Notes: generated from the letters alone by a model not told the origin. A stretch of DNA of 64,000 bases from Burkholderiales bacterium (GCA_035500055.1 DATJXO010000091.1:1197-65196); one strand, 5' to 3'. Positions 40,824-51,756 are shown, counted from the first letter of the stretch. Translations and numbers: made by a program.

Positions 40824-42116
40824 CTACGGCGCGCGGAACGCGTCGCGCGCCGCGGCGAGCGTGGCGTCGACCTCCGCCGCGCCGTGCGCCGCCGATACGA
40901 ACCCCGCCTCGTAGGCCGAGGGCGCGAGGTACACGCCGCGCGCGAGCATGGCATGGAAGAAGCGGTTGAAGCGCTCCTTGTCGCACTGCATGACCTCGGC
41001 GAACGACGTCGGGGGAGAAGCGCGGAAGTAGAGCCCGAACATGCTGCCGATCGATTGCGCCGAAAATTCGACTTTTGCCGCTTTTGCTTCTTTTTTCAGG
41101 CCCTCCACCAGGTTCTTCGCCGTCTCGGAAATCCGTTCGTCGAACCCCGGAACATCGACCAGCTTCAAGGTCGCGAGGCCGGCGGCAACGGCGACCGGGT
41201 TGCCGGAGAGCGTACCCGCCTGGTACACGGGGCCCAGGGGAGCGATCTCGTCCATGATCTCGCGCCGGCCGCCGACCGCGCCCACCGGCATGCCGCCGCC
41301 GATCACTTTGCCCAGCGTTGTCAGGTCGGGCCGGATGCCGTAGCGCGCCTGCGCGCCGCCGAGCGCGACGCGAAACCCGGTCATCACCTCGTCGAAAATC
41401 AGCGCGGCGCCGGCGCGCGTGCAGCATTCGCGCAGCGCCTCCAGGAAGCCGGGCTTCGGCAGCACGAGGTTCATGTTGCCCGCGACCGGCTCGACGATTG
41501 CGCCGGCGATTTGCGCGCCCTTGTCCTTGAATGCCTTTTCCAGTTGATCGATATCATTGAAGCCCAGGACCATCGTCTGCGCCGCGATCTCGGCGGGCAC
41601 GCCGGCGGAGGAGGGATTGACGAAAGTCAGCGCGCCCGAGCCCGCTTTCACCAGCAGGCTGTCGGCGTGGCCGTGGTAGCAGCCCTCGAACTTCACGATC
41701 AGGCTCCTGCCGCTGTGCCCGCGCGCTAGGCGGATGGCGGTCATCGTCGCCTCGGTGCCGGACGACACCAGGCGCACGCGCTCGATCGAGGGCACCAGCC
41801 GGCAGATCGCCTCGGCGAGCTCGACTTCCGCCTCGGTAGGGGCGCCGAACGAGAGCGCCTGCGCGGCGGCCGCCTGCACCGCCTCGACGACCGCGGGGTG
41901 CGTATGGCCGAGCACCATCGGCCCCCAGGAGCCGACGTAGTCTATGTAGCGGCGGCCGTCCGCGTCCCAGAGATGCGCGCCGGAGGCGCGTTCCAGGAAG
42001 GGCGGGGTGCCGCCGACCGCGCCGAAGGCGCGCACCGGCGAGTTCACGCCCGCCGGGATGCGCTCCCGCGCACGCGCGAAAAGCGCCTCATTCCTCGACG
42101 TCGTGCGTGCCTTCAT
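40824..42116 (-). CDS. hemL: Glutamate-1-semialdehyde 2,1-aminomutase
   Basis: [25 protein letters not shown]..., [13 protein letters not shown], ...[14 protein letters not shown]. Confidence 0.95.
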   Translation of the reverse strand: MKARTTSRNEALFARARERIPAGVNSPVRAFGAVGGTPPFLERASGAHLWDADGRRYIDYVGSWGPMVLGHTHPAVVEAVQAAAAQALSFGAPTEAEVELAEAICRLVPSIERVRLVSSGTEATMTAIRLARGHSGRSLIVKFEGCYHGHADSLLVKAGSGALTFVNPSSAGVPAEIAAQTMVLGFNDIDQLEKAFKDKGAQIAGAIVEPVAGNMNLVLPKPGFLEALRECCTRAGAALIFDEVMTGFRVALGGAQARYGIRPDLTTLGKVIGGGMPVGAVGGRREIMDEIAPLGPVYQAGTLSGNPVAVAAGLATLKLVDVPGFDERISETAKNLVEGLKKEAKAAKVEFSAQSIGSMFGLYFRASPPTSFAEVMQCDKERFNRFFHAMLARGVYLAPSAYEAGFVSAAHGAAEVDATLAAARDAFRAP

Positions 42117-42723
42117 GCGCGAAGAGCTTACCGTAGTCGCGGGCGCGCGCCGCGACGTCGGGCGCCTCGAACAGGTCCGTGATCACCGCAAGCGCGTCGG
42201 CGCCGGCGGCGACGAGCCGCGGCGCGTTGGCCAGCGTGATGCCGCCGATCGCCACCAGCGGCACGCCGAGCGCGCGCGCGCTGGCGAACAGCGCCAGCGG
42301 CGCGCGCACCGCGCCCGGCTTGGTCGGCGAGGCGAACACGCTGCCGAAGGCGACGTAGTCCGCGCCCGCCGCCACGGCGGCGCGCGCGGCGTCGAGCGAG
42401 TTGTAGCAGGATACGCCGAGCAGCTTGCCGCGCAGTTGCGCGCGCGCCGCGCGCACGTCGCCGTCGTCGCGGCCGAGGTGGACGCCGTCGGCGCCGCACG
42501 CCAGCGCGACGCCGACGTCGTCGTTGACGATGAACGGGATGCCGCGGTCGCGGCACAGCGCCGCGTAGCCGTCGGCTTCCTCCAGCCTCTGCGAAGGCGG
42601 CAGCCGCTTGGCGCGGTACTGGAGCAGCGCGATGCCGCCGGCGATCGCCGCGCGCACTCGATCGCGCAGCTGCGCGCGGTCCGCGGCGTCGGGCGTGATC
42701 GCGTAGAGGCCGCGCAGCTTCAT
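42088..42723 (-). CDS. thiE: Thiamine-phosphate synthase
   Basis: Start re-set to [12 protein letters not shown] (ATGA overlap with the thiD stop). ...VHLGRDD..., AIGGITLAN. Confidence 0.9.
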   Translation of the reverse strand: MKLRGLYAITPDAADRAQLRDRVRAAIAGGIALLQYRAKRLPPSQRLEEADGYAALCRDRGIPFIVNDDVGVALACGADGVHLGRDDGDVRAARAQLRGKLLGVSCYNSLDAARAAVAAGADYVAFGSVFASPTKPGAVRAPLALFASARALGVPLVAIGGITLANAPRLVAAGADALAVITDLFEAPDVAARARDYGKLFAHEGTHDVEE

Positions 42724-43511
42724 CGCGGGGCGAACATCCGGTCCGGGACCTGCTGCCCGCCGCCCGGGCGGTAGCCGGCCTCCAGCGCGCGCCAGGTGTA
42801 GTCCTGCGCGCGCCGCGCCGCCTCGGGCGCCTCCAGCCCGCGCGCGAGGAACACGGCGAGCGCCGAGGCGAGCGTGCAGCCCGAGCCATGGAAGCTTCCC
42901 GCGAGGCGCCGCCAGCGGTCGGCGCGCACCACGCCGCCCGCGTCGAACAGCGTGTTCACGACCTCGGGGCCGGCGTCGTGCGTGCCCGTGACCAGCACGA
43001 AGCGGCAGCCCGAGGCGCAAAGCCGGCGCGCACAGTCCGCGAGGTCGGCGTCCGCGGCGGCGCCGGCGAGCCGGCGCGCTTCCAGGCTGTTGGGCGTGAG
43101 TACCGTCGCGTGCGGCAGCAGCCGCTCGCGCAGCGCCTCCAGCGTCGCCGCGTCGGCGAGCGCGTCGCCGCGGCCGGAGGCGAGCACCGGGTCGACGACC
43201 GCCGGAACGCGCGGATGCGAGGCGAGCACCGCGGCGACCGTGGTCGCGTTGGCGGCGGAGCCCAGCACGCCGAGCTTGAAGGCCGCGGCCGGCAAATCGG
43301 CGAGCAGTGCTTGCGCCTGGGCCGCGACGAGGTCGGCGTCCAGCGCGCGCACCGCCTGCACGCCGTGCGTGTCCTGCGCGGTAACCGCAGTGATCACCGA
43401 CGCCGGATGCGCGCCGAGGCTCGCGATGGTCAGCAGGTCCGCCTGCAGCCCGGCGCCAGACGTCGGATCGGAGGCGGCGAAGCTGAGGACGACCGGGCGC
43501 GGCAAAGACAT
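42720..43511 (-). CDS. thiD: Hydroxymethylpyrimidine/phosphomethylpyrimidine kinase
   Basis: Start re-set to [26 protein letters not shown]. ...LTPNSLEA..., [13 protein letters not shown]. Confidence 0.9.
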   Translation of the reverse strand: MSLPRPVVLSFAASDPTSGAGLQADLLTIASLGAHPASVITAVTAQDTHGVQAVRALDADLVAAQAQALLADLPAAAFKLGVLGSAANATTVAAVLASHPRVPAVVDPVLASGRGDALADAATLEALRERLLPHATVLTPNSLEARRLAGAAADADLADCARRLCASGCRFVLVTGTHDAGPEVVNTLFDAGGVVRADRWRRLAGSFHGSGCTLASALAVFLARGLEAPEAARRAQDYTWRALEAGYRPGGGQQVPDRMFAPR

Positions 43512-43549
43512 GCTGTTACACTCGCCCCGGATTCTACGTCTCACTCCCG

Positions 43550-43735
43550 ATGAGCGAACAACAAGTTCAATACAAGACTTGGATGTGCCTGATCTGCGGC
43601 TTCCTCTACGACGAGGCCGCGGGACTTCCCGACGAGGGCATCGCGCCCGGCACGCGCTGGGAAGACGTGCCGATGAACTGGACCTGCCCCGAGTGCGGCG
43701 CGCGCAAGGAAGATTTCGAGATGGTGGAGATCTAG
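43550..43735 (+). CDS. Rubredoxin
   Basis: [15 protein letters not shown]...[14 protein letters not shown] (two CxxCG knuckles), 61 aa. Confidence 0.95.
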   Translation: MSEQQVQYKTWMCLICGFLYDEAAGLPDEGIAPGTRWEDVPMNWTCPECGARKEDFEMVEI

Positions 43736-43748
43736 CCGGCGCGGCGCA

Positions 43749-45617
43749 TCAGCGCCGCAGCGCGGCGGCGAAGCGCCCGCCGAGCGCTCTCAGCCGCTCG
43801 AGGATCGACTGCTCCGCGGCGTCCGGCGCGCGCGCCTTGGCCGATTCCGCGCGCGCCAGCGCGGGCGAGCGCGCCAGCCGCGCGTAGCGGCCGAGCGCCG
43901 CGGCCACCGCCGACTGCAGCAGCGAGTAGTTCACCGGCTTCTTCAGGAAGCGGTAGATGCGCGCCTCGTTGATCAGGCTGATGATCAGCTCGGAATCGCT
44001 GACGCCCGACGCCACCACCAGCTGCGTCTGCGGCGACTGCTTCTTCAGGATCCGGAGCAGCGCCGCCGGGTCGTCGGCGCGCAGGTCGAGGTCGCACAGC
44101 AGCGCCGCGATCTCCTCGGCCGCGAGCACGCCGAGCGCCGCGTCCACGCCGGTCGCCTCGAGCACCCTGTAGGCGCGCTTCGCCAGCTCGCGCGCCGCCC
44201 GCGCCAGCGCCGGGTCGCCCAGCACCAGCAGCGCCGCGCCCGGCGGCAGCGGCGGCGAGGGCGCCGCGGCGGCGGCCTCCAGCGCCAGCGCGACGTCGAA
44301 CGCTTCCGCGATCGTGGCGCGCAGGTCCTCTTCCTGCCACGGCTTCGAGACGAAGCGGAACACCTCGCCGTCGTTCACCGAGCCGACGATCGCGGCGAGG
44401 TCGGAGTAGCCGGTGAGCAGCAGGCGCACGGTGCCGGGCGAGATCGACTTGGCCTCGCGCAGCAGCTCGACTCCGGTCATGCCGGGCATGCGCTGGTCGC
44501 TCACCAGAACCTGGAAGCGGCGCGCCGCGAGGCGCTCGAGCGCGCCGGCGCCGCCGGAGGCGGTCTCGACGTCGTAGGAATCCCGGAACAGGAACTGCAG
44601 CGCATTGAGGATCCGCTCTTCGTCGTCGACGAAGAGCACTGCCGGCCGGCGCGCGCCGCCCGTGATGCGGACCGTCGGATCCGCCGGGCGCGGCGCGGCC
44701 GCGGGCGCCGCGGGCGCCGCCGAGGCACCGAGCGCGCGGCGCAGCGCGCCGACGTTGCCGGCGAGCATCGCCCGCGGCAGCGTCGCCGTCGCGCTCGGCT
44801 CCTCGGGGAAGGCGTTGCGCAGCGCTTCCAGGAAATCGCGCGCGCTGCGGTAGCGGCTGGCGGGCTTCTTCGCCAGCGCCTTGGCGAGCACGAGGTCGAT
44901 CGCCACCGGCAGCCGCGCCTCGTAGGACGAGGCGGGCGGAGGCGCGACCTCGAGCACCTGGCGCATCAGGTTCCCGCCCTGGCCGTCGAACGGGCGCCGG
45001 CCGCACAGCAGCTCGTACACCAGCACGCCCGCCGAGTAGATGTCGGTGCGCTCGTCGGCCGGATGGCCGTCGTACTGCTCGGGCGCCATGTAGTAGGGCG
45101 TGCCGAGCAGCTCGCCCGCCTGCGTCAGGTGCGAGCGCTCGATGCGCGCGATGCCGAAGTCGCTGATTTTCGCCACGCCCATGTCGCTCACCAGGACGTT
45201 CCCGGGCTTGATGTCGCGGTGGATCACGCCGCGGCCGTGGGAGTAGTCGAGCGCCTCGAGCAGCTGCTCCAGCACCGATGGCAGGCGCCGGATCTCGGGC
45301 CGCCATCCGGCGAGCATGTGGTCGCGCAGCGAGCGGCCCTCGACCAGCTCCATCGCGATCCAGGCCTTCTCCTCGTCGTCGCCGTACTCGTAGATCGCGA
45401 CGATGTTGGGGTGGTGCAGGCTCCCCGCCGCCTGCGCCTCCTGCTTGAAGCGATCGAGCGTCGCCTGCGCCTCGCCCGGATCGAGGTCGGCGCGCCGGAT
45501 CACCTTCAGCGCCGCGGCGCGCCGGATGCCCGGGTCGAAGCCGCGGTAGACGACCGCCACGCCGCCGCGGCCCAGTTCGCCCTGGATCTCGTACCGGCCG
45601 ACGCGCTCGTGAGCCAC
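43749..45617 (-). CDS. Hanks-type Ser/Thr protein kinase fused to two C-terminal receiver (REC) domains
   Basis: Kinase: [43 protein letters not shown]1: [32 protein letters not shown]2 (degenerate): LVLGDP, LLCDLDL, VVASG, LKKPV. Confidence 0.85.
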   Translation of the reverse strand: MAHERVGRYEIQGELGRGGVAVVYRGFDPGIRRAAALKVIRRADLDPGEAQATLDRFKQEAQAAGSLHHPNIVAIYEYGDDEEKAWIAMELVEGRSLRDHMLAGWRPEIRRLPSVLEQLLEALDYSHGRGVIHRDIKPGNVLVSDMGVAKISDFGIARIERSHLTQAGELLGTPYYMAPEQYDGHPADERTDIYSAGVLVYELLCGRRPFDGQGGNLMRQVLEVAPPPASSYEARLPVAIDLVLAKALAKKPASRYRSARDFLEALRNAFPEEPSATATLPRAMLAGNVGALRRALGASAAPAAPAAAPRPADPTVRITGGARRPAVLFVDDEERILNALQFLFRDSYDVETASGGAGALERLAARRFQVLVSDQRMPGMTGVELLREAKSISPGTVRLLLTGYSDLAAIVGSVNDGEVFRFVSKPWQEEDLRATIAEAFDVALALEAAAAAPSPPLPPGAALLVLGDPALARAARELAKRAYRVLEATGVDAALGVLAAEEIAALLCDLDLRADDPAALLRILKKQSPQTQLVVASGVSDSELIISLINEARIYRFLKKPVNYSLLQSAVAAALGRYARLARSPALARAESAKARAPDAAEQSILERLRALGGRFAAALRR

Positions 45618-45622
45618 GGCGC

Positions 45623-47110
45623 TCAGGCGGCCTGCGCCGCCGGCGGGCGCACCGGCAGCACGAGCGTGAAGCGCGTGCCGACCCCAGGCCTGGACTGGAC
45701 CTCGAGCTTGCCGCCGTGGTTCTCGACGATCTTGTAGCAGATCGAGAGGCCGAGGCCGGTTCCCTTGCCCACCTCCTTGGTGGTGAAGAACGGGTCGAAG
45801 ACCTTGGGCAGCACCTCGGCGGGGATGCCGTGGCCGTTGTCGACCACCTCGACCGCGACGTGCGCGTCGCCGCGCGGCGCGGTGCGCAGCGTGATCACGC
45901 CCTCGCCGTCGCGCGTCGCCTGCGCGGCGTTCGAGATCAGGTTGAGCAGCACCTGGTTGATCTGCGAGGGCGAGCAGGCGACGCGCGGCACGGCGCCGAA
46001 GTCCTTGCGCACGGTGCGGTCCTTGAGCTGGTGCTGCGCGATGCGCAGCGCGCTCTCCAGCCCTTCGCGCAGGTCGTAGTCGGCGACCTTGCTGCGGTCG
46101 AGGCGGCTGAAGTTCTTCAGGTTGCCGATCACCTCCGAGATCTGGCCGATGCCGAAGACGCCGTCCTTCACCATGCGCCCGATCTCCTCCAGGGCGGCGC
46201 GCTCGCGCAGCGACTCCACCAGGCCGCGAACCTTGGCGAACTGCGCCGCGAGCGCCGCCTCGTCGGCGCCCTCGCCCGAGAGCGCGGCGAGCAGCCGGTC
46301 GGTCTCGGCGGCGAGCGCCGCGACCTCGGGCACGCTCTTCGCCACCGACTCCAGGCTCGCCTTGACGTAGGCGAGCGGCGTGTTCACCTCGTGCGCGATG
46401 CCCGCCACCATCTGCCCCAGCGAGGACATCTTCTCGCTCTGGATCAGCATCGCCTCCGACTCCTTCAGCTTCTTCAGCGCGCCGGAGAGCTCCTGGGTGC
46501 GCTCGGCGACGCGCGCCTCGAGCGTCTCGTTGGCGCCGCGCAGCTGGCGGTTGAAGGCGTCGATGACGCGGCGGCGCTGCTCCAGGCTCCAGGCGAGGAA
46601 CGTCAGCACCGCCAGCAGGAACCCGGAGTAGAACAGCAGCGCCATGCGGTAGAGCTCGGCCTCGGTAAGCGCGTCGTCGAACGTCCGGTCGACGGCGCGC
46701 TCAAGCAGATCGAGGCGCGGGCCGGTCGAGGCGAGCCACGCCGCCTCGAAGTCGCCCTCGGCGCGCGAGCCGGCGTAGCGGGCGAGGCGCGCCGCCTTGT
46801 CCGCGAAGGCGCGCTTCAGCCCGGGCAGCAGCGATCCCACGCGCGCGTCGCCGAGCCGCAGCGCCCGCACCTCGAGCGCGGCGTAGGCGACGCCGTAGCG
46901 CGCCGCCGGCGGTGCGCCGGCGCCGAGGCGCGCGTCCACCAGCTGCCGGTTCCAGCCCGAGTCGACCCGCCGCAGGGCGCCGAGCGCGCCGCGCGCGGCC
47001 TCGACGGCGGCGAGGTCGACTGCGCTCGAGCGCCAGTAGAGGAAGGCCCAGCCGCCGGCGAGCGCAAGCGCCATCAACGCGTAGCCGGCGCCGCGAAGCA
47101 GGGCAGACAT
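45623..47110 (-). CDS. Membrane sensor histidine kinase (no receiver domain)
   Basis: Start re-set to [26 protein letters not shown] (TM1). TM2 is [20 protein letters not shown]-box [14 protein letters not shown] boxes [24 protein letters not shown]. Confidence 0.88.
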   Translation of the reverse strand: MSALLRGAGYALMALALAGGWAFLYWRSSAVDLAAVEAARGALGALRRVDSGWNRQLVDARLGAGAPPAARYGVAYAALEVRALRLGDARVGSLLPGLKRAFADKAARLARYAGSRAEGDFEAAWLASTGPRLDLLERAVDRTFDDALTEAELYRMALLFYSGFLLAVLTFLAWSLEQRRRVIDAFNRQLRGANETLEARVAERTQELSGALKKLKESEAMLIQSEKMSSLGQMVAGIAHEVNTPLAYVKASLESVAKSVPEVAALAAETDRLLAALSGEGADEAALAAQFAKVRGLVESLRERAALEEIGRMVKDGVFGIGQISEVIGNLKNFSRLDRSKVADYDLREGLESALRIAQHQLKDRTVRKDFGAVPRVACSPSQINQVLLNLISNAAQATRDGEGVITLRTAPRGDAHVAVEVVDNGHGIPAEVLPKVFDPFFTTKEVGKGTGLGLSICYKIVENHGGKLEVQSRPGVGTRFTLVLPVRPPAAQAA

Positions 47111-47131
47111 TCCGGTAAAATAGCCGCAAGC

Positions 47132-47692
47132 GTGTCTTCGATCAATTTGACGCATCACTTCCTGATCGCCATGCCCAACATGGCCGATCCGTACTTCGCG
47201 AAGACCCTGACCTACGTCTGCGAGCACAACGACAAGGGCGCGCTCGGCATCGTCGTCAACCGGCCGATCGACATGACCCTGCAGGCGCTGTTCGAGCGGC
47301 TCTCGCTCAGCCTCAAGGACCACGCCATGGCGGACGCGCCGATCTATTTCGGCGGCCCGGTGCAGACCGACCGCGGCTTCGTGCTGCACGAGCCGGCGGG
47401 AGAGTGGCAGTCGACCCTCAAGGTGGGCGACGCGATCGGGCTCACCACCTCGAAGGACATCCTCGAGGCCGTCGGCCGCGGCGAGGGGCCGGCGAAGCTG
47501 CTGGTGTCGCTGGGCTACGCCGGCTGGTCGGCCGGGCAACTGGAGCACGAGCTGACGCAGAACGCCTGGCTCACCGTGGAGGCGCGCGACGCGATCATCT
47601 TCGACCTGCCGTCCGAGGAGCGCCTGCCCGCCGCGATGGAGCTCCTCGGCCTGGACTACGCGCGCCTCGCCGACCAGGCGGGACATGCCTGA
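47132..47692 (+). CDS. yqgE: YqgE/AlgH-family protein
   Basis: GTG start giving [45 protein letters not shown]... ...[15 protein letters not shown]. Confidence 0.88.
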   Translation: MSSINLTHHFLIAMPNMADPYFAKTLTYVCEHNDKGALGIVVNRPIDMTLQALFERLSLSLKDHAMADAPIYFGGPVQTDRGFVLHEPAGEWQSTLKVGDAIGLTTSKDILEAVGRGEGPAKLLVSLGYAGWSAGQLEHELTQNAWLTVEARDAIIFDLPSEERLPAAMELLGLDYARLADQAGHA

Positions 47693-48137
47693 GGCGCGCC
47701 GCCCAACCCGCGGCACGGTACTCGCTTTCGATTTCGGCTTGCAGCGCATCGGCGTCGCGGTGGGCGAGGCCGAGGCCCGCAGCGCGCACCCGCTGCCCCG
47801 CGTCGTCGCGCAGAGCATGCCGGGACGCCTCACTGCGATTGAGCGCCTGGTGCAGGAATGGCGCCCGGCGCTGCTGGTGGTGGGCCGGCCGCTCGGCGAG
47901 GACGGCGAGCCGCACGAGATGACGCGCCGCGCCGAGCGCTTCGCGCGCCAGCTCGGCGCGCGCTTCCGTTTGCCGGTGGCGCTGGTTGACGAGCGCTACA
48001 GCTCGGCCGAGGTGGAGAGCCGGATGAGGACGGCCTACGGCCGCGGGCGCGCCGCCCGGCTTGCACGCGGCAAGATGCTCGACTCGCACGCGGCGCAGCT
48101 CCTGATCGAGCAGTATTTCGATGAACGCGCTGCCTGA
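47685..48137 (+). CDS. ruvX: Holliday-junction-resolvase-like nuclease RuvX (YqgF)
   Basis: [19 protein letters not shown]..., [22 protein letters not shown]. Confidence 0.9.
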   Translation: MPEARRPTRGTVLAFDFGLQRIGVAVGEAEARSAHPLPRVVAQSMPGRLTAIERLVQEWRPALLVVGRPLGEDGEPHEMTRRAERFARQLGARFRLPVALVDERYSSAEVESRMRTAYGRGRAARLARGKMLDSHAAQLLIEQYFDERAA

Positions 48138-48621
48138 CGCCGAGGCGCTGCTCGAGCGGCTCGCGGCGCAGATCCGGCCGCGGCTGGTCCCCGGGACGGC
48201 GATGATCGGCCTGTACACCGGGGGCGCCTGGGTCGCCGAGCGGCTGCACGCCGCGCTCGGCCTCGCCGAGCCGCTCGGCCTGATGGACGTCGCGTTCTAC
48301 CGCGACGACTACTCGCGCAAGGGGCTGAAGCAGGATCCCAAGCGCACGCGCATCCCGTTCGAGGTCGCGGGACGCGACCTGCTGCTGGTCGACGACGTGC
48401 TCTATACCGGCCGCACGGTGCGCGCGGCGCTGAACGAGCTGTTCGACTACGGCCGGCCGAAGAGCGTCGCGCTCGCGGTGCTCGCCGACCGCGGCGGGCG
48501 CCAGCTGCCGATCTGCGCGCAGCACTGCGGCGCCGAGATCTCGGTGCCCGAGGGCGCGCGGCTGCGCCTGAAGCGCGCCGCCGACGGCCGCCTGTCGCTG
48601 GAGGTCGAGCGTGGCGCGTAA
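48121..48621 (+). CDS. pyrR: Pyrimidine operon regulator / uracil phosphoribosyltransferase PyrR
   Basis: [15 protein letters not shown], PRTase motif [18 protein letters not shown]. Confidence 0.88.
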   Translation: MNALPDAEALLERLAAQIRPRLVPGTAMIGLYTGGAWVAERLHAALGLAEPLGLMDVAFYRDDYSRKGLKQDPKRTRIPFEVAGRDLLLVDDVLYTGRTVRAALNELFDYGRPKSVALAVLADRGGRQLPICAQHCGAEISVPEGARLRLKRAADGRLSLEVERGA

Positions 48622-49561
48622 CCCGCAGCTGAACGACCACGGCGAGCTGCGGCACCTGCTGTCGATCGACGGCCTGCCGCGCGAGGTGCTGCTGCAGATC
48701 CTCGATACCGCGGAGCCGTTCGCCGGGGTCACCGAGCGCGAGGTGAAGAAGGTGCCGCTGCTGCGCGGCAAGAGCGTGTTCAACCTGTTCTTCGAGCCCT
48801 CGACCCGCACCCGCACCACCTTCGAGATCGCCGCCAAGCGCCTCTCGGCCGACGTCATCAACCTCAACATCGCGCTGAGCTCGCAGACCAAGGGCGAGTC
48901 GCTCACCGACACGGTCGCCAACCTCTCGGCGATGCAGGCCGACGTGTTCGTGGTGCGCCACGCCGCCTCGGGCGCGCCGTACCTGATCGCGCGCCACGTC
49001 AAGCCGCACGAGCACGTCATCAACGCCGGCGACGGCCGCCACGCCCATCCCACGCAGGGGCTGCTCGACCTCTACACCATCCGCCACTACAAGAAGGACT
49101 TCACGCGGCTCACGGTGGCGGTCGTCGGCGACCTGCTGCACTCCCGCGTGGCGAGGTCTCTCATCCACGGCCTCACCACGCTCGGCGTGCCGGAGGTGCG
49201 CGCGATCGGCCCGCAGACGCTGCTGCCGGCCGGGATCGAGGCGCTCGGCGTGCGCGTGTTCCACGACATGCGCGCTGGGCTCAAGGACTGCGACGTGGTG
49301 GTGATGCTGCGGCTGCAGCACGAGCGCATGAACGGCCCGCTGCTGCCCTCGGCGCAGGAGTTCTTCAAGAATTACGGCCTCACCGCCGAAAAGCTGGCGC
49401 TCGCCAGGCCCGACGCCATCGTGATGCATCCCGGGCCGATGAACCGGGGCGTCGAGATCGACTCGTCGGTGGCCGACGGCCCGCACTCGGTGATCCTGCC
49501 GCAGGTGACCTTCGGCATCGCGGTGCGCATGGCGGTGATGTCGATCGTGGCGGGCAACTGA
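48611..49561 (+). CDS. pyrB: Aspartate carbamoyltransferase catalytic subunit
   Basis: [21 protein letters not shown], ...[14 protein letters not shown] start. Confidence 0.94.
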   Translation: MARNPQLNDHGELRHLLSIDGLPREVLLQILDTAEPFAGVTEREVKKVPLLRGKSVFNLFFEPSTRTRTTFEIAAKRLSADVINLNIALSSQTKGESLTDTVANLSAMQADVFVVRHAASGAPYLIARHVKPHEHVINAGDGRHAHPTQGLLDLYTIRHYKKDFTRLTVAVVGDLLHSRVARSLIHGLTTLGVPEVRAIGPQTLLPAGIEALGVRVFHDMRAGLKDCDVVVMLRLQHERMNGPLLPSAQEFFKNYGLTAEKLALARPDAIVMHPGPMNRGVEIDSSVADGPHSVILPQVTFGIAVRMAVMSIVAGN

Positions 49562-50823
49562 TGAAGCTCCTGATCAAGGGCGGCAGGGTCGTCGACCCGG
49601 CGAGCGGGAGGGACGAGCTCGGGGATGTCTTCATTTCGGATGGAAGAATCTCCGAGAAGAGGGAAAAGGCCGAGAGAACCATCGACGCCAAGGGCCTGGT
49701 GGTCGCGCCGGGGCTGATCGACCTCGCGGCGCGGCTGCGCGAGCCGGGCTACGAGTACAAGGCGACCCTGGAATCGGAGATGGACGCCGCGGTCGCGGGC
49801 GGGGTGACGAGCCTCGCCTGCCCGCCCGACACCGACCCGCCGCTCGACGAGCCCGGCTTGGTCGACATGCTGCGCCGGCGCGCCAAGGCGCTCAGCCGCG
49901 CGCGCGTCTACCCGGTGGGCGCGCTGACCGTGAAGCTCGCAGGCGAGCGCCTCACCGAGATGGCCGAGCTGGCCGAGGCCGGCTGCGTCGCGTTCTCGCA
50001 GGCGAACGTGCCGCTCGCCGACACCCAGGTGCTGTGGCGCGCGCTGCAGTACGCCGCGACCTTCGGCTTCCCGGTTTGGCTGCGCGCCGAGGACCGCTGG
50101 CTCGCCGCGGGCGGCGTGGCGCACGACGGCGAGGTCGCGACGCGGCTCGGCCTGCCCGGGATCCCGGCATTCGCCGAGACCGTGGCGCTGGGCGCGCTGC
50201 TGGAGCTGGTGCGCGCGACCGGCACGCGGGTGCACGTCTGCCGCCTGTCCACCGCCGCCGGGGTCGCGCTGGTACGCGCGGCGAAGCGCGAAGGCCTGCC
50301 GGTGACCTGCGACGTCGGCATCCACCACGTGCACCTCTCGGAGAAGGACCTGGGCTATTTCGACGCCCATTACCGCCTCGAGCCGCCGCTGCGTTCGCTG
50401 CGCGACCGCGACGCGCTAGCCGCGGGCCTCGCCGACGGCACGATCGACTGCGCCGTGTCCGACCACACGCCGGTCGACGAGGACCGCAAGCAGCAGCCGT
50501 TCGCCGAGGCCGAGGCGGGCGCCACCGGCCTCGAGCTGCTGTTGCCGCTGACCCTGAAGTGGGGCGCCGCGCGCAAGCTCCCGCTCGCCACGGCGCTGGC
50601 GCGGGTCACGAGCGACGCCGCGCGCATCCTCGGCACGCAGTCCGGACGCATCGCGCCGGGCGCGCCGGCCGACCTCGTGCTGTTCGACCCGGAAGCGCCG
50701 TGGCGGATCACCCCCGAGTCGCTGAAGAGCCAGGGCAAGAACACGCCGTACCGCGGCTACGAGCTGTCCGGGCGCGTGCGCGCGACGCTGGTGGCCGGCA
50801 ACATCGTCTTCGAGCAGCCGTGA
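49561..50823 (+). CDS. Dihydroorotase-like protein (PyrC'-type, predicted non-catalytic)
   Basis: [16 protein letters not shown]... The canonical metal motif D-x-H-V-H-L-REPG reads DLAARLREPG. 420 aa, directly after pyrB. Confidence 0.85.
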   Translation: MKLLIKGGRVVDPASGRDELGDVFISDGRISEKREKAERTIDAKGLVVAPGLIDLAARLREPGYEYKATLESEMDAAVAGGVTSLACPPDTDPPLDEPGLVDMLRRRAKALSRARVYPVGALTVKLAGERLTEMAELAEAGCVAFSQANVPLADTQVLWRALQYAATFGFPVWLRAEDRWLAAGGVAHDGEVATRLGLPGIPAFAETVALGALLELVRATGTRVHVCRLSTAAGVALVRAAKREGLPVTCDVGIHHVHLSEKDLGYFDAHYRLEPPLRSLRDRDALAAGLADGTIDCAVSDHTPVDEDRKQQPFAEAEAGATGLELLLPLTLKWGAARKLPLATALARVTSDAARILGTQSGRIAPGAPADLVLFDPEAPWRITPESLKSQGKNTPYRGYELSGRVRATLVAGNIVFEQP

Positions 50824-51752
50824 AGGCGCTCGCCGCGCTCGGCCTCGTGCTGCTGCTCGCCGGCTGCGGCGCCCTGGCCCGGCGCGAGGAAGCCCCGGCG
50901 CCGGCGCCCTCGGCGCAGCCGCCGCCGCCGCCCGCGCAGCCCTCGGGCAAGGGCGGCTATTACAAGGACGACGGCCCGGGCGCCAACCCGCCGGCCGACC
51001 TCGCCGCGATTCCCGATGCGGTGCCGCGCGCCGAGGCGCTCAACCGCTACGCCAACCGCCCCTACGAGGTGTTCGGCAAGACCTACGCGCCCCTGACGCA
51101 GCTGCAGCCGTTCCGTGAAACCGGCGTGGGCAGCTGGTACGGACGGCGCTTCCAGGGCGGGCGCACTTCGAGCGGGGAGCCGTACGACATGTACGCCATG
51201 ACGGCGGCGCACCCGACCCTGCCGATCCCGAGCTACGCGCGCGTCACCAACCTCGCCAACGGCCGCAGCGTCGTCGTGCGCATCAACGACCGCGGCCCGT
51301 TCCTCTCCGACCGCATCATTGACCTGTCCTACGCGGCGGCCTGGAAGCTCGGCTACGTCGAGGCGGGCAGCGCGCGGCTGGAGGTGGACAGCATCCTCCC
51401 CGGCGGCACCCTCGTGGCTGCCGCCGAGGACAAGAAGCAGGAGCCGCCGAAGATCCAGGCGCCGCCGAAAACTCCGGAACCGAAAACGCAGGAGCCGCCG
51501 AAGGAGCAGGCCGCCGAGCCGCAGGGCGTCTACCTGCAGCTGGGCGCCTTCTCCGGCCGGGAGGCGGCGGAGAGCTTCCGCGCCCGCCTGTACCGCGAGC
51601 TCGGCTGGCTCTCGGACACGATCCACGTCGTCGCCGGGGGCGCGCTCTACCGGCTGCACCTCGGGCCGTACCCGTCGCAGGGCGAGGCGCGCTCGATTGC
51701 AGATCGAATCGCCGCGGAACTGAATCTGCGGCCGCTGGTCGTCGTCAAGTAG
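50820..51752 (+). CDS. rlpA: Septal-ring lytic transglycosylase RlpA (DPBB + SPOR domains), lipoprotein
   Basis: GTG start (GTGA overlap). Lipobox LLAGC. DPBB region GVGSWYGRRFQGGRTSSGEPYD...VVVRINDRGPF. C-terminal SPOR region GVYLQLGAFSGREAAE. Confidence 0.88.
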   Translation: MKALAALGLVLLLAGCGALARREEAPAPAPSAQPPPPPAQPSGKGGYYKDDGPGANPPADLAAIPDAVPRAEALNRYANRPYEVFGKTYAPLTQLQPFRETGVGSWYGRRFQGGRTSSGEPYDMYAMTAAHPTLPIPSYARVTNLANGRSVVVRINDRGPFLSDRIIDLSYAAAWKLGYVEAGSARLEVDSILPGGTLVAAAEDKKQEPPKIQAPPKTPEPKTQEPPKEQAAEPQGVYLQLGAFSGREAAESFRARLYRELGWLSDTIHVVAGGALYRLHLGPYPSQGEARSIADRIAAELNLRPLVVVK

Positions 51753-51756
51753 CCGC

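Noticed and set aside
43512-43549. TPP riboswitch upstream of thiD-thiE
   Set aside because: The gap to the divergent rubredoxin gene is only 38 bp, too short for a ~100-nt THI element. No CUGAGA core is seen.
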